Assembly (NCBI GenBank): GCA_050125095.1
Contig: JASFEA010000057.1
Span: 1-19,004, forward strand
Direction: 5' to 3'
Source of the DNA: a bacterium
GTDB taxonomy: Bacteria > Arandabacterota > Arandabacteria > Arandabacterales > JALGWA01
DNA length: 19,004 nt
The notes beneath the pieces were generated by a model. It was given only the letters and a program-made list of their open reading frames with translations. It had not been told where the DNA came from and did no database searches. Both the position numbers and the translations under genes were made by a program. Below, one piece after another: positions 1 through 7,532 of the stretch. Every line of letters starts with the position of its first letter. Position 1 is the stretch's first letter.

Positions 1-2
1 CC

Positions 3-110
3 CTCTTTGTGCCCGGCTACGGGTTCCTGGGGCTGGAGGAGGACGTGGCCGTCACCGAGACGGGAACCGAGTACCTGTGTCCGCCCCAGACCGATTTGAT
101 TCTGCGCTGA
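3..110 (+). CDS. 3' fragment of an M24-family (Xaa-Pro aminopeptidase/prolidase-like) metallopeptidase; starts before the window
   Basis: Frame 3 translates as [35 protein letters not shown]. This resembles the M24 C-terminal pattern (..YVPGxGGVRIEDDVLVTxxGxExL), including the metal-ligand Glu position. Confidence 0.75.
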   Translation, partial: LFVPGYGFLGLEEDVAVTETGTEYLCPPQTDLILR

Positions 111-125
111 CGGGAAATCCCTATG

Positions 126-170
126 GGGCTTTCAGGTAACCTGCCACATCGTGGTGGCAGCCTGAAGCCC
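126..170. terminator. Imperfect hairpin between convergent genes, possible bidirectional terminator
   Basis: Outer arms GGGCTTTCAGG (126-136) and CCTGAAGCCC (161-170). Inner arms CTGCCAC (141-147) and GTGGCAG (154-160). Lies between the stops at 110 (+) and 221 (-). No clear U-tract. Confidence 0.5.
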
Positions 171-220
171 GCATCTCTAACCCAACAGCCCGATCTTACG
201 GTAATTCCCTATGATTCAGG

Positions 221-2659
221 CTACTCAATAACAGTAAACGCGGAGGGACTCGTGCCCTGTTCGTCGGGGTTCTTGATGTCGAACACCACCCTGTGCAATT
301 GCCCTTCTGTAAACTCGAATTTCCCCATATCGGCATACTCCTCATTGACGGGCATACCTTCATCCCGGCCGATATCGAAAGTTTCGTGGGCGGTATAACT
401 ACCGTAGACCGTCGCTGTGATATCCATTTCCCCGACCTTTTCATCATCAATGAATAGCTCGACGGTAGAGGGGCCATTAAGTACGGGCTCCTTCATGGTG
501 TGTTTTAAGGTTATCTTTATGTCTCCATGGGGAATCTTCACGTCCCCGTCGAAGTCATGCCAGTAGAAGCCGAGTGTGGAGTAGCTGTACCTCAGTTTAC
601 CATCCATAATAAACAGAGCCTGTCCTCCGATGTGTTCACCCACAGCATAAATCACACCCTGGGTGGTCTCGTCGGCTGTGATATAGGCATTCACCTCATA
701 GTTGGTCGACTTTATCTCTGGTCCGGCCAGTTCGGGTACCCGGTATACATTGGTTGTCAGTTCCCAGTGTCGTTTGGCAGCCCGCTGTGGATTGGATTCC
801 GGTTGCAGCGTCCTACCCAGGGACCCTCCCACAGGATATACATCGTACTTCTCTGCCTCTTCCCAGAATATTTCTTCCAGTTCCCTGACTTTTTCCGGGT
901 ACTGATCGGCTACATTCACCTGCTGGATGGGATCTTCCTCGATGTTGTATAACTCCCATTCCACATTCAGCGGATCGAAATTCTCCATGGCTTCAGGATC
1001 CACTGACCAGGGGATACGATAGGGTTTTCCACAGATGGTCCATCCCTCGTGGTACAATCCCACAAATCCTGTCATTTCAAAATACTGGGTGGGATGGTTG
1101 GTTTTAGCATCGGGATCGTTCCACGCATAGGTGAGCGATTTTCCCGGATACTCTCTTCTTTTCTGTCCGTTCACATAGTCGGGTGCGGGCACTCCGGTAA
1201 CCTCCAGAATGGTGGGAACGAGATCGGTCACATTCTGGAATTGTCTCCGCCACTCACCTCTTGCCCTGATGGCTTTCGGGTACCGAATTGCCGTGGCAGA
1301 CATGGTCCCTCCGAAATGGGAAGCCATCTGTTTGGTCCACTGGAACGGGGTTGATGATGCGTAGGCCCATGCGACCGAATAGTGGTTGGCCATGTGCGGC
1401 CCTCCCCAGGCATCCAATCCTCCGAACTCTTCCAGTTTCTCCAGTTGCTGCTCCATGGTTAGCGGCGGAAACCCGTTCTGCATCAACAGCTCGGAGAATG
1501 TACCCGTGGGTGTTCCTTCCGCCGTGCAGCCATTGTCGGCGGTCAGGTAGATCACGAGGGTGTTGTCCAGCTCGCCCATTTCCTCAATATGGTCGATGAC
1601 TCTTCCGATATGGTAATCCACATGTTCCAGGAAAGCCGCATTGACTTCCATCTGGCGGGCCAGGTATTCTTTGCCTTCTTCGCTGAAAGAATCCCATTCC
1701 GGGATAACCTCCGGCCAGTCGACCATCTCCGCGTCCTGGGGAACCAGACCGAGCTTTTTCTGGCGTTCCAGTTGTTGAGCCCTGTACACATGCCACCCTT
1801 CATCGAACTGGCCTTTATATTTATCCCGCCACTCTTCGGGGACCTGGATGGGCGCATGAACAGCGCCCGGCGTATAATAAATAAAGAAAGGATTATCTCT
1901 CAAGCCTTTCCAGTTATCCAGCCACTTGATCGCCTGATCGGCCATGCCATGGGAAATGTGGAATTTCGATCCGTCTGCATTGGTTTTCGGGGTTTCAATG
2001 GCTGTCGTGTTTTCATACAGCAGTGGATGAAACTGGTTGGTCTCACCTCCCAGGAATCCCCAGAAATACTCAAAACCCCATATGCCCGTGGGCCAGCTCT
2101 CAAAGGGACCGGCAGGAGAGGCCTCCTCCATGGGGGTATTGTGCCATTTGCCGAATGCTGCCGTGGCATATCCATTTTCGGTTAAAATTCTGGCGATGGA
2201 AGGAGTGGTGTAGTCAATCTGCGAATTGTACCCAGGATAGCCGGTGGCAAACTCCGAGATGATCCCTGTTCCTATCTCGTGGATATTGTACCCGGTCAAG
2301 AGGGATCCACGGGTCGGGGAACATACTGCAGCCACAGACATGTGTGTATAGCGTATACCTTCATCACCAATCCGGTCGAAGGTGGGTGTACGCATGACGC
2401 CCCCATAGGAGGTGGCGCTTGAGTACCCGGCATCATCCAGCATGATGACCAGGACATTGGGTGCGCCTTCAGGCGCTTTCGGCCGGCCGACAAAATCCGG
2501 CTTGGAGTCTTCCAGGGTTTTCCCCTGTACCCCTTTCCATTTTGGCAATTGATAGGGAATAGCGTTGGCTTCGCTACTCTCTTGAGCGACAGCCGTCCGG
2601 CTGCAGAACCCAAGAGAGAGGAGACCTAAGAATGAGATTGCGCATTTTAGTAACTTCAT
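221..2659 (-). CDS. Secreted arylsulfatase (formylglycine-dependent S1 family, Cys-type, long form with C-terminal beta-rich domain), 812 aa
   Basis: PNVLVIMLDD metal motif, CSPTR (CxPxR formylglycine motif) followed by GSLLTG, GKWH, VHAP, ADNG and WELYN. Sec-like signal peptide ending AVA/QE. GGAGGG RBS at 2664-2669. Confidence 0.95.
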   Translation of the reverse strand: MKLLKCAISFLGLLSLGFCSRTAVAQESSEANAIPYQLPKWKGVQGKTLEDSKPDFVGRPKAPEGAPNVLVIMLDDAGYSSATSYGGVMRTPTFDRIGDEGIRYTHMSVAAVCSPTRGSLLTGYNIHEIGTGIISEFATGYPGYNSQIDYTTPSIARILTENGYATAAFGKWHNTPMEEASPAGPFESWPTGIWGFEYFWGFLGGETNQFHPLLYENTTAIETPKTNADGSKFHISHGMADQAIKWLDNWKGLRDNPFFIYYTPGAVHAPIQVPEEWRDKYKGQFDEGWHVYRAQQLERQKKLGLVPQDAEMVDWPEVIPEWDSFSEEGKEYLARQMEVNAAFLEHVDYHIGRVIDHIEEMGELDNTLVIYLTADNGCTAEGTPTGTFSELLMQNGFPPLTMEQQLEKLEEFGGLDAWGGPHMANHYSVAWAYASSTPFQWTKQMASHFGGTMSATAIRYPKAIRARGEWRRQFQNVTDLVPTILEVTGVPAPDYVNGQKRREYPGKSLTYAWNDPDAKTNHPTQYFEMTGFVGLYHEGWTICGKPYRIPWSVDPEAMENFDPLNVEWELYNIEEDPIQQVNVADQYPEKVRELEEIFWEEAEKYDVYPVGGSLGRTLQPESNPQRAAKRHWELTTNVYRVPELAGPEIKSTNYEVNAYITADETTQGVIYAVGEHIGGQALFIMDGKLRYSYSTLGFYWHDFDGDVKIPHGDIKITLKHTMKEPVLNGPSTVELFIDDEKVGEMDITATVYGSYTAHETFDIGRDEGMPVNEEYADMGKFEFTEGQLHRVVFDIKNPDEQGTSPSAFTVIE

Positions 2660-2704
2660 CGTTCCCTCCGTTCATTTTCTTTTCAAAGCCACAAGATCTC
2701 TTGT

Positions 2705-2983
2705 CTAGGCACCTTCTCCTTTATCACGAAGAAGTCCGTGAGCTACCAGCCAGTCCAGCACCTCCTGTTTGAGCGAGTCGAGCAGTTCCCTGTACTGTTC
2801 CCTTCTCGAGGGTCCATCACCGGTATTTACTTTGCTCCAATGAACCAGGGCCCTGTCACAGGCAAGCAGGTCGGCGCAGACCGATCGAAAATCGCTGCTT
2901 TCCTCATACGCGCGCTCTATCTCGCCGGCATAACGGGGAAAGTACTCTGCGGCAATCCTGACCGCCTCCTTTTGATTTGTCAA
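2705..2983 (-). CDS. Small, probably helical hypothetical protein, 92 aa (TTG start)
   Basis: Clean ORF co-oriented with the sulfatase and 45 nt upstream of it. Amphipathic pattern FPxYxxxIxxxYxxSxDFRxVCxDxxxCxxALxHW...RRxQYxxLLxxLxxEV. An in-frame TGA at 2999-3001 limits upstream extension. Confidence 0.7.
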   Translation of the reverse strand: MTNQKEAVRIAAEYFPRYAGEIERAYEESSDFRSVCADLLACDRALVHWSKVNTGDGPSRREQYRELLDSLKQEVLDWLVAHGLLRDKGEGA

Positions 2984-3057
2984 GGTGCAAGCCCCATTTC
3001 ATGAAGTCGCGGTATCATGAGCTGATAAATACACTATCATTTTATGGCACAGAATGA

Positions 3058-3086
3058 TTGCGGATGTAAGGAGTTTACGGTAGTCT
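3058..3086 (+). promoter_or_regulatory. Putative sigma70 promoter for the TolB-like/TPR gene, overlapping three 10-bp repeats
   Basis: TTGCGG (3058-3063), 17-nt spacer, TAGTCT (3081-3086). Confidence 0.4.
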
Positions 3087-3098
3087 ATTGTAGCCTAC
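3069..3098. repeat. Three tandem imperfect 10-bp direct repeats (candidate operator)
   Basis: AGGAGTTTAC (3069-3078), GGTAGTCTAT (3079-3088) and TGTAGCCTAC (3089-3098); shared pattern nGnAGyyTAy. Confidence 0.55.
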
Positions 3099-3146
3099 AC
3101 CGGCAAAGTCTATATCGGATAAGCGTTTAACTTGAGAGGGGCTGAG

Positions 3147-4778
3147 GTGGCCGGACAGGAGCACGACAAGGGTGCATCATCTCCCCAGAACGGGTCGGGC
3201 CTGCCCCATAAGGCCATCCGCGAAGAGCTTCGCCGGGTCCTCTCGCATCCGGAGTTTCTCGCATCCCCTAAACGCCGGGATTTCCTGAAATATGTCGTCG
3301 AGGAGACCCTCGCGGGCCGGGCGGACCGGATCAAGGGGTATTCGATCGCCATGGCGGTCTTCGGCCGGGGCAAGGATTTCGATGCCGGGCTCGATCCGAT
3401 CGTCCGCATCGAGGCGGGTAAGCTGAGGCGCGAGCTCGAAAGGTATTACCTTGTCGCCGGGGGTGAAGATCCTGTACGCATCGACATACGGAAGGGGCGG
3501 TACGTGCCGCTTTTCATCGAGCAGCCCGGACCTGCGACCGGCGCCCCCGCCGAGTCCCTGTCGGGGCTATCCGGGATCGGCGCCAAGCCGTCCGTCGCCG
3601 TCATGCCCCTGGAGAACCTGACCGGCGATACCGGGCAGGACTACTTCGTGGACGGGCTGGTCTCCGAGCTGACCGTCGAGCTCGGCAGGTACCAGAACAT
3701 CATCGCAATTTCCGGCGGGAGAGCCGGTCCGGCGCCTGATGAGCCCGGGAATGCGAAGGAGACCGGATCCCAGCTGGGCGCGAGGTTTCTCCTTGGAGGC
3801 ACGCTGCGCAGAGACTCGGAGAGGGCGAAGGTCGCTCTTCACCTGACCGACACGGCGACGGGAAGGCAGGTCTGGAGCGAGGCCTACGCATACAAGCTCA
3901 ACCCGGCCGAAGTCATTTCAACCCAGGAATCGATCGCGAGGGAAGTCGTCGCAACCATCGCGGGAGAAGCGGGGATCATATCACAGCGGCTATCGCGCGA
4001 AGTCCGGAAAAAGAAGTCCTGCGACCTCACGACCTACGAGGCAGTACTCCGCTACCAGTACTACATGCGAGTGATGACGCCGGAATCATACCGGAGCGCG
4101 CTCGCAGCGCTGCGGGCCGCAGTCGAGCGCGAACCCGACTATGGGCCCGCCTGTTCAGCCCTCGCAAACATGCACTGCCACGCCTACATCTGGGACATAC
4201 CGGAGTTCGATGAGCCGCTGGAGAAGGCGGGCGAATACGCCAGGAACGGAGCCCTTATGGACCCTGCTAACCAGCTGACACGAACCGTCATGGCCTACGT
4301 CCATCTCTTGCGAGGCGAACTCGAGTCGGCACTGAGCGAGGCGGACGTGGCCCTTCGGCTCAATCCAAACTCCCCGTACTTTACCGGAACGATAGGATAC
4401 GTTGTCATGATGGCGGGCGATTTCGATCATGGCCGAAGACTCGTCGAAAACGCCATCGCTCTCAATCCCTGTCATCCAAGATGGTTCCACCACGCGCTCT
4501 GGCTGGACGATTACCGGCAGGAGCGCTACGAATCGTCTTATCGAGCCGCGGTGACCGCCGGACCGAGTCTTGGTTTCTGGCATCCGGTGGTGTGTGCCGC
4601 TCCGCTTGGAAAGCTGCAGCGCAGGCCGCAGGCCCGGGCCTACATCGCGGAGCTCCGCCGGCTCAAACCCGATTTCGAACAACGGTCCAGAGAGCTCATA
4701 GCCCGCGTCATAAAGATCGAGGGCTTCACCGAGCAGCTGATCGACGGGCTGAGGAAAGCGGGGCTGGAAGCGCTCTGA
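3147..4778 (+). CDS. Putative one-component regulator: N-terminal winged-helix-like domain, TolB-like (adenylate-cyclase-associated) domain and TPR repeats. GTG 3147 preferred; TTG 3132 possible
   Basis: N-terminal block LRRVLSHPEFLASPKRRDFLKYVVEETLAGRADRIKGYSIAMAVFGR..FD..LDPIVRIEAGKLRRELERYY. Central SVAVMPLENLTGDTGQDYFVDGL..LGARFLLGGTLRR..QVWSE. TPR-like A..LDP, ALRLNPN and AIALNP. Ends GLRKAGL. Purine-rich GAGAGGGG 5 nt before the GTG. No cyclase catalytic domain is visible. Confidence 0.85.
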   Translation: MAGQEHDKGASSPQNGSGLPHKAIREELRRVLSHPEFLASPKRRDFLKYVVEETLAGRADRIKGYSIAMAVFGRGKDFDAGLDPIVRIEAGKLRRELERYYLVAGGEDPVRIDIRKGRYVPLFIEQPGPATGAPAESLSGLSGIGAKPSVAVMPLENLTGDTGQDYFVDGLVSELTVELGRYQNIIAISGGRAGPAPDEPGNAKETGSQLGARFLLGGTLRRDSERAKVALHLTDTATGRQVWSEAYAYKLNPAEVISTQESIAREVVATIAGEAGIISQRLSREVRKKKSCDLTTYEAVLRYQYYMRVMTPESYRSALAALRAAVEREPDYGPACSALANMHCHAYIWDIPEFDEPLEKAGEYARNGALMDPANQLTRTVMAYVHLLRGELESALSEADVALRLNPNSPYFTGTIGYVVMMAGDFDHGRRLVENAIALNPCHPRWFHHALWLDDYRQERYESSYRAAVTAGPSLGFWHPVVCAAPLGKLQRRPQARAYIAELRRLKPDFEQRSRELIARVIKIEGFTEQLIDGLRKAGLEAL

Positions 4779-4921
4779 CTCGCCGGACGATCGCATTGCA
4801 CCCCCAGATCCGATAGACCGGGGAAGCGTCCTCCCATCTGAAAAAGCCGGAAACGCAGAACCCTCGAAACCCGTTCAGTTGTTCTATAAGGGAGAGTTCC
4901 GGAGAGGGCTGCGAACGAAAG

Positions 4922-4996
4922 TGGCTCCCCGGGCAGGACTTGAACCTGCAACCCTCCGGTTAACAGCCGGATGCTCTGCCATTGAGCTACCGAGGA
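4922..4996 (-). tRNA. trnN: tRNA-Asn (anticodon GUU), CCA encoded
   Basis: Reverse complement TCCTCGG-TAGCTCAATGGCAGAGCA-TCCGG-CT-GTT-AA-CCGGA-GGGTT-GCAGG-TTCAAGT-CCTGC-CCGGGGA-G-CCA. Acceptor, D, anticodon and T arms all pair. Confidence 0.98.
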
Positions 4997-5067
4997 GCAA
5001 GCGTGTATATGAACCGCACTGCCAAGCGGCTATGTTGTGAATATGACTATCGGCAAGTTTCTCAGGT

Positions 5068-5096
5068 ATGATAGTGCAAAGCCCCTGTGGTGTCAA
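5068..5096 (-). promoter_or_regulatory. Near-consensus sigma70 promoter driving tRNA-Asn
   Basis: Minus strand TTGACA (5096-5091), 17-nt spacer, TATCAT (5073-5068). Implies a leader of about 65 nt before the tRNA. Confidence 0.85.
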
Positions 5097-5140
5097 GGGC
5101 CAGCGCCTGTCCGGCAATATACCCGCAGTACCTGGCGACC

Positions 5141-5833
5141 CTAGTCCCGGGCCAGCGCGTATTTCCAGATCATAGCCGCAATCAGCGCCCCGATTATGGG
5201 GGCGACGAAGAAGAGCCAGACCTGGGAGACGGCCGCTCCGCCTGCGAAGACAGCCGGTCCGAGGCTCCGCGCCGGGTTCACCGAGGTTCCCGTAACCGGT
5301 ATCCCGACGAGGTGAATGAAGGCGAGCGCGAATCCGATTGCCACGCCGGCGAAGCCTTTTGGCGCCTTCTCGCTGGTAGAGCCGAACACGACGAGCAGGA
5401 ATATGGCCGTGAGTACGATTTCGGCGATGAAACAGGCGCCCAGGGCGTAGCCCGCCGGAGAGTGGATGCCGTAGCCATTCTGCCCCAGGCCGCCCACGGC
5501 CAGCGAGTAGCCCGCCCGGCCCGACGCGATGGCCAGGAGGATGCCGGCCGCAATGATGCCGCCGATGCACTGCATGATGATATAGAGCACGGCATCTCTG
5601 GCCTTCATTTTCCCCGCTGCCAGCATGCCGATGCTGATGGCGGGATTAATGTGACAGCCCGAAATGGGGCCCACCGCGTAAACCATGGCGAGCACCGAGA
5701 GTCCGAAGGCCAACGAGATCCCGGCGAAACCTATGTACTCCCCTGCTATGACGGCGCTTCCGCAGCCGATGAAGACGAGGGTCAGGGTCCCCAACATCTC
5801 AGCGACGCATCTCTTCCCGATACTTGCTTCCAT
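5141..5833 (-). CDS. aqpZ: Aquaporin Z (MIP family water channel), 230 aa
   Basis: AEMLGT, SGCHINPA and IHLVGIPVTGTSVNPARS: two NPA boxes with AqpZ-type ar/R residues F/H/T/R. Also the AqpZ loop GxNGYGxHSPxGY and six hydrophobic segments. AAAGGAGG RBS upstream of ATG 5833. Confidence 0.93.
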   Translation of the reverse strand: MEASIGKRCVAEMLGTLTLVFIGCGSAVIAGEYIGFAGISLAFGLSVLAMVYAVGPISGCHINPAISIGMLAAGKMKARDAVLYIIMQCIGGIIAAGILLAIASGRAGYSLAVGGLGQNGYGIHSPAGYALGACFIAEIVLTAIFLLVVFGSTSEKAPKGFAGVAIGFALAFIHLVGIPVTGTSVNPARSLGPAVFAGGAAVSQVWLFFVAPIIGALIAAMIWKYALARD

Positions 5834-6026
5834 GCCTTCCGCCTCCTTTCGCGCCGGCCCCGCCGAGGGGCGGCGCCGGGCCAATCGTAGGAGAGGGAGG
5901 CTGGCGTGTAAAGCAGGGAATTGAAACAAAGCGCACCGATGAATCGTATTCCAGAGTGGAGGGCGAAATAGCACGCCCTACTGTGCCGCGGTTTCTCCGA
6001 TACCCCCCTGTAAGAGGAGATGCTTC

Positions 6027-7532
6027 ATGAGGACTCTGACGCTGGCTATGCTCGTACTGCTCCTGAGCGCTCAGGCAGCCGCTGCCTATGCCATTGAGGC
6101 TGATCCACTTGAAGAGGTTTTCAGTTTTCTTGAGGACAACAACCTTTTCAACGGCGTAGCGCTTGTGGCTAATGGAGGAGAGGTGGTGGGTGAGCGGACG
6201 ATCGGGTACGCAAACTTCGAATGGGGGATACCCAATACGCTGGATACGAGATTCAGGATCGGCTCCATATCCAAGCAGTTCACGGCCGTACTCGCGCTTA
6301 TGCTTGTCGAAGAGGGCATGCTCTCTCTATCCGATCCCGTGGGCAAGTACATCCCCGAGATAGGCCGGCCATGGGCAGGTAGCGTGACCATCCATCATAT
6401 GCTGTGCCAGACTTCGGGAATACCCAATTACACCCTGCTTGAGGGGTATCTCGACAATATAGACAAGAAGCGCTTCACCAGGGACGAGTTCCTTGATCTC
6501 CTGGTGGCGGATCCTCTCATGGACTCGCTTCATTTCGAGCCCGGAAGTGACTTCGACTACAGCAACACGAATTACTTCTTAACGGGCACTGTGATCGAGA
6601 GAATAGCGGGCAGGCCGTTTGAAGAGGTGCTCCAGGAAAAAATACTGGGCGCTCTCAAGATGAATGATACCGGAGCCTTCGACGATCTGAGGCTGGTTCG
6701 GCACCGCGCCTACGGATATGAGAAGGCTCCGGACGACACATATGAACCCACCATGCACTCGTCGGCATCCCCCAAGAGCGTTCCATCGGGCGGACTCTAT
6801 TCCACGGCGGCGGATCTCCTGAAGTGGCACCGCGCGCTGCAGGAGAACATGCTCCTGGATGAGGATATGATGGCCGAGTTCCTTAAGGCCCATCACAAGT
6901 TCTCAGAGACCGAAGGCTATGCCTATGCCAACTACTGGACCAGGTATGCGTTGGACGAGGCGGAGTCCCTGGATGTATACGAGCATGGCGGCAGCTCCTT
7001 CGGCACAACCGGCATGTTCTATCGCGTGCCTGAAGCCGACATATGCGTCATTCTGCTGGCCAATGGCGGCATAGGGCGCGAGATGTTCCTCTCGTCGATA
7101 GCATACGCCATCATAGACATACTTCAGGGCAAGCAGCCGACTCTGCCGCGCTGCGACCTCCTGGGTACTATCGGGTACACTGCGATGGCCAGGACTCCGG
7201 ACGACGTGCGGGAGCATTACGCCTTCCTTAAGGCAAATCGGCGGGATGCCTATGAGTTCGGTCCCGAACAGCTCTCAATGGTGGGGCAGGTCATGCTCAT
7301 GCTATTCGAAGACCGCGAGACGGCTGAGCTCGTGTTCAAGATGAATACAGAAGAATTCCCGGAAGAGGCCTCGGTGTGGGTGGATCTGGGCACGCTGAAC
7401 CTCAACTACGGGGATCCTGCTCAAGCGCTGGAGTATTTCGAGAAGGCTCAGGCCCTGGAGCCGGAAGATGAGGCTATAGCCGGCCTGTTAGAGAGAGCCG
7501 AAGAGGAACTGAGAGGGGGGACGAGCCATTAG
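6027..7532 (+). CDS. Secreted serine hydrolase, beta-lactamase class C / D-aminopeptidase (S12)-like fold, with C-terminal TPR, 501 aa
   Basis: Signal peptide; FRIGSISK (SxxK), FDYSNTNY (YxN), HGG and SGGLYST; C-terminal TPR-like LG..N..G..A.A..YFEKA.ALEP; AGGAG RBS. Confidence 0.9.
   Translation: MRTLTLAMLVLLLSAQAAAAYAIEADPLEEVFSFLEDNNLFNGVALVANGGEVVGERTIGYANFEWGIPNTLDTRFRIGSISKQFTAVLALMLVEEGMLSLSDPVGKYIPEIGRPWAGSVTIHHMLCQTSGIPNYTLLEGYLDNIDKKRFTRDEFLDLLVADPLMDSLHFEPGSDFDYSNTNYFLTGTVIERIAGRPFEEVLQEKILGALKMNDTGAFDDLRLVRHRAYGYEKAPDDTYEPTMHSSASPKSVPSGGLYSTAADLLKWHRALQENMLLDEDMMAEFLKAHHKFSETEGYAYANYWTRYALDEAESLDVYEHGGSSFGTTGMFYRVPEADICVILLANGGIGREMFLSSIAYAIIDILQGKQPTLPRCDLLGTIGYTAMARTPDDVREHYAFLKANRRDAYEFGPEQLSMVGQVMLMLFEDRETAELVFKMNTEEFPEEASVWVDLGTLNLNYGDPAQALEYFEKAQALEPEDEAIAGLLERAEEELRGGTSH

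Noticed and set aside
111-220. Possible attachment-site duplicate of the tRNA-Asn 3' end
   Set aside because: No copy of GGGGAGCCA or the T-arm was found by eye, and there is no integrase, so an intact integrative element is not called.
3045-3061. TGGCAC...TTGC sigma54-like promoter
   Set aside because: GG-to-GC spacing is 12 nt rather than the required 10.
4884-5570. 228-aa Arg/Gly-rich ORF
   Set aside because: Alternative frame of aqpZ running through the tRNA promoter and the tRNA.
5834-5974. 47-aa N-terminal extension of the aquaporin shown in the ORF track
   Set aside because: A strong AAAGGAGG precedes ATG 5833, and 230 aa matches the typical AqpZ length.
6027-7532. Calling the serine hydrolase a true beta-lactamase resistance gene
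   Set aside because: SxxK/YxN/HGG is shared by many S12 peptidases and esterases; AmpC-type KTG is absent.
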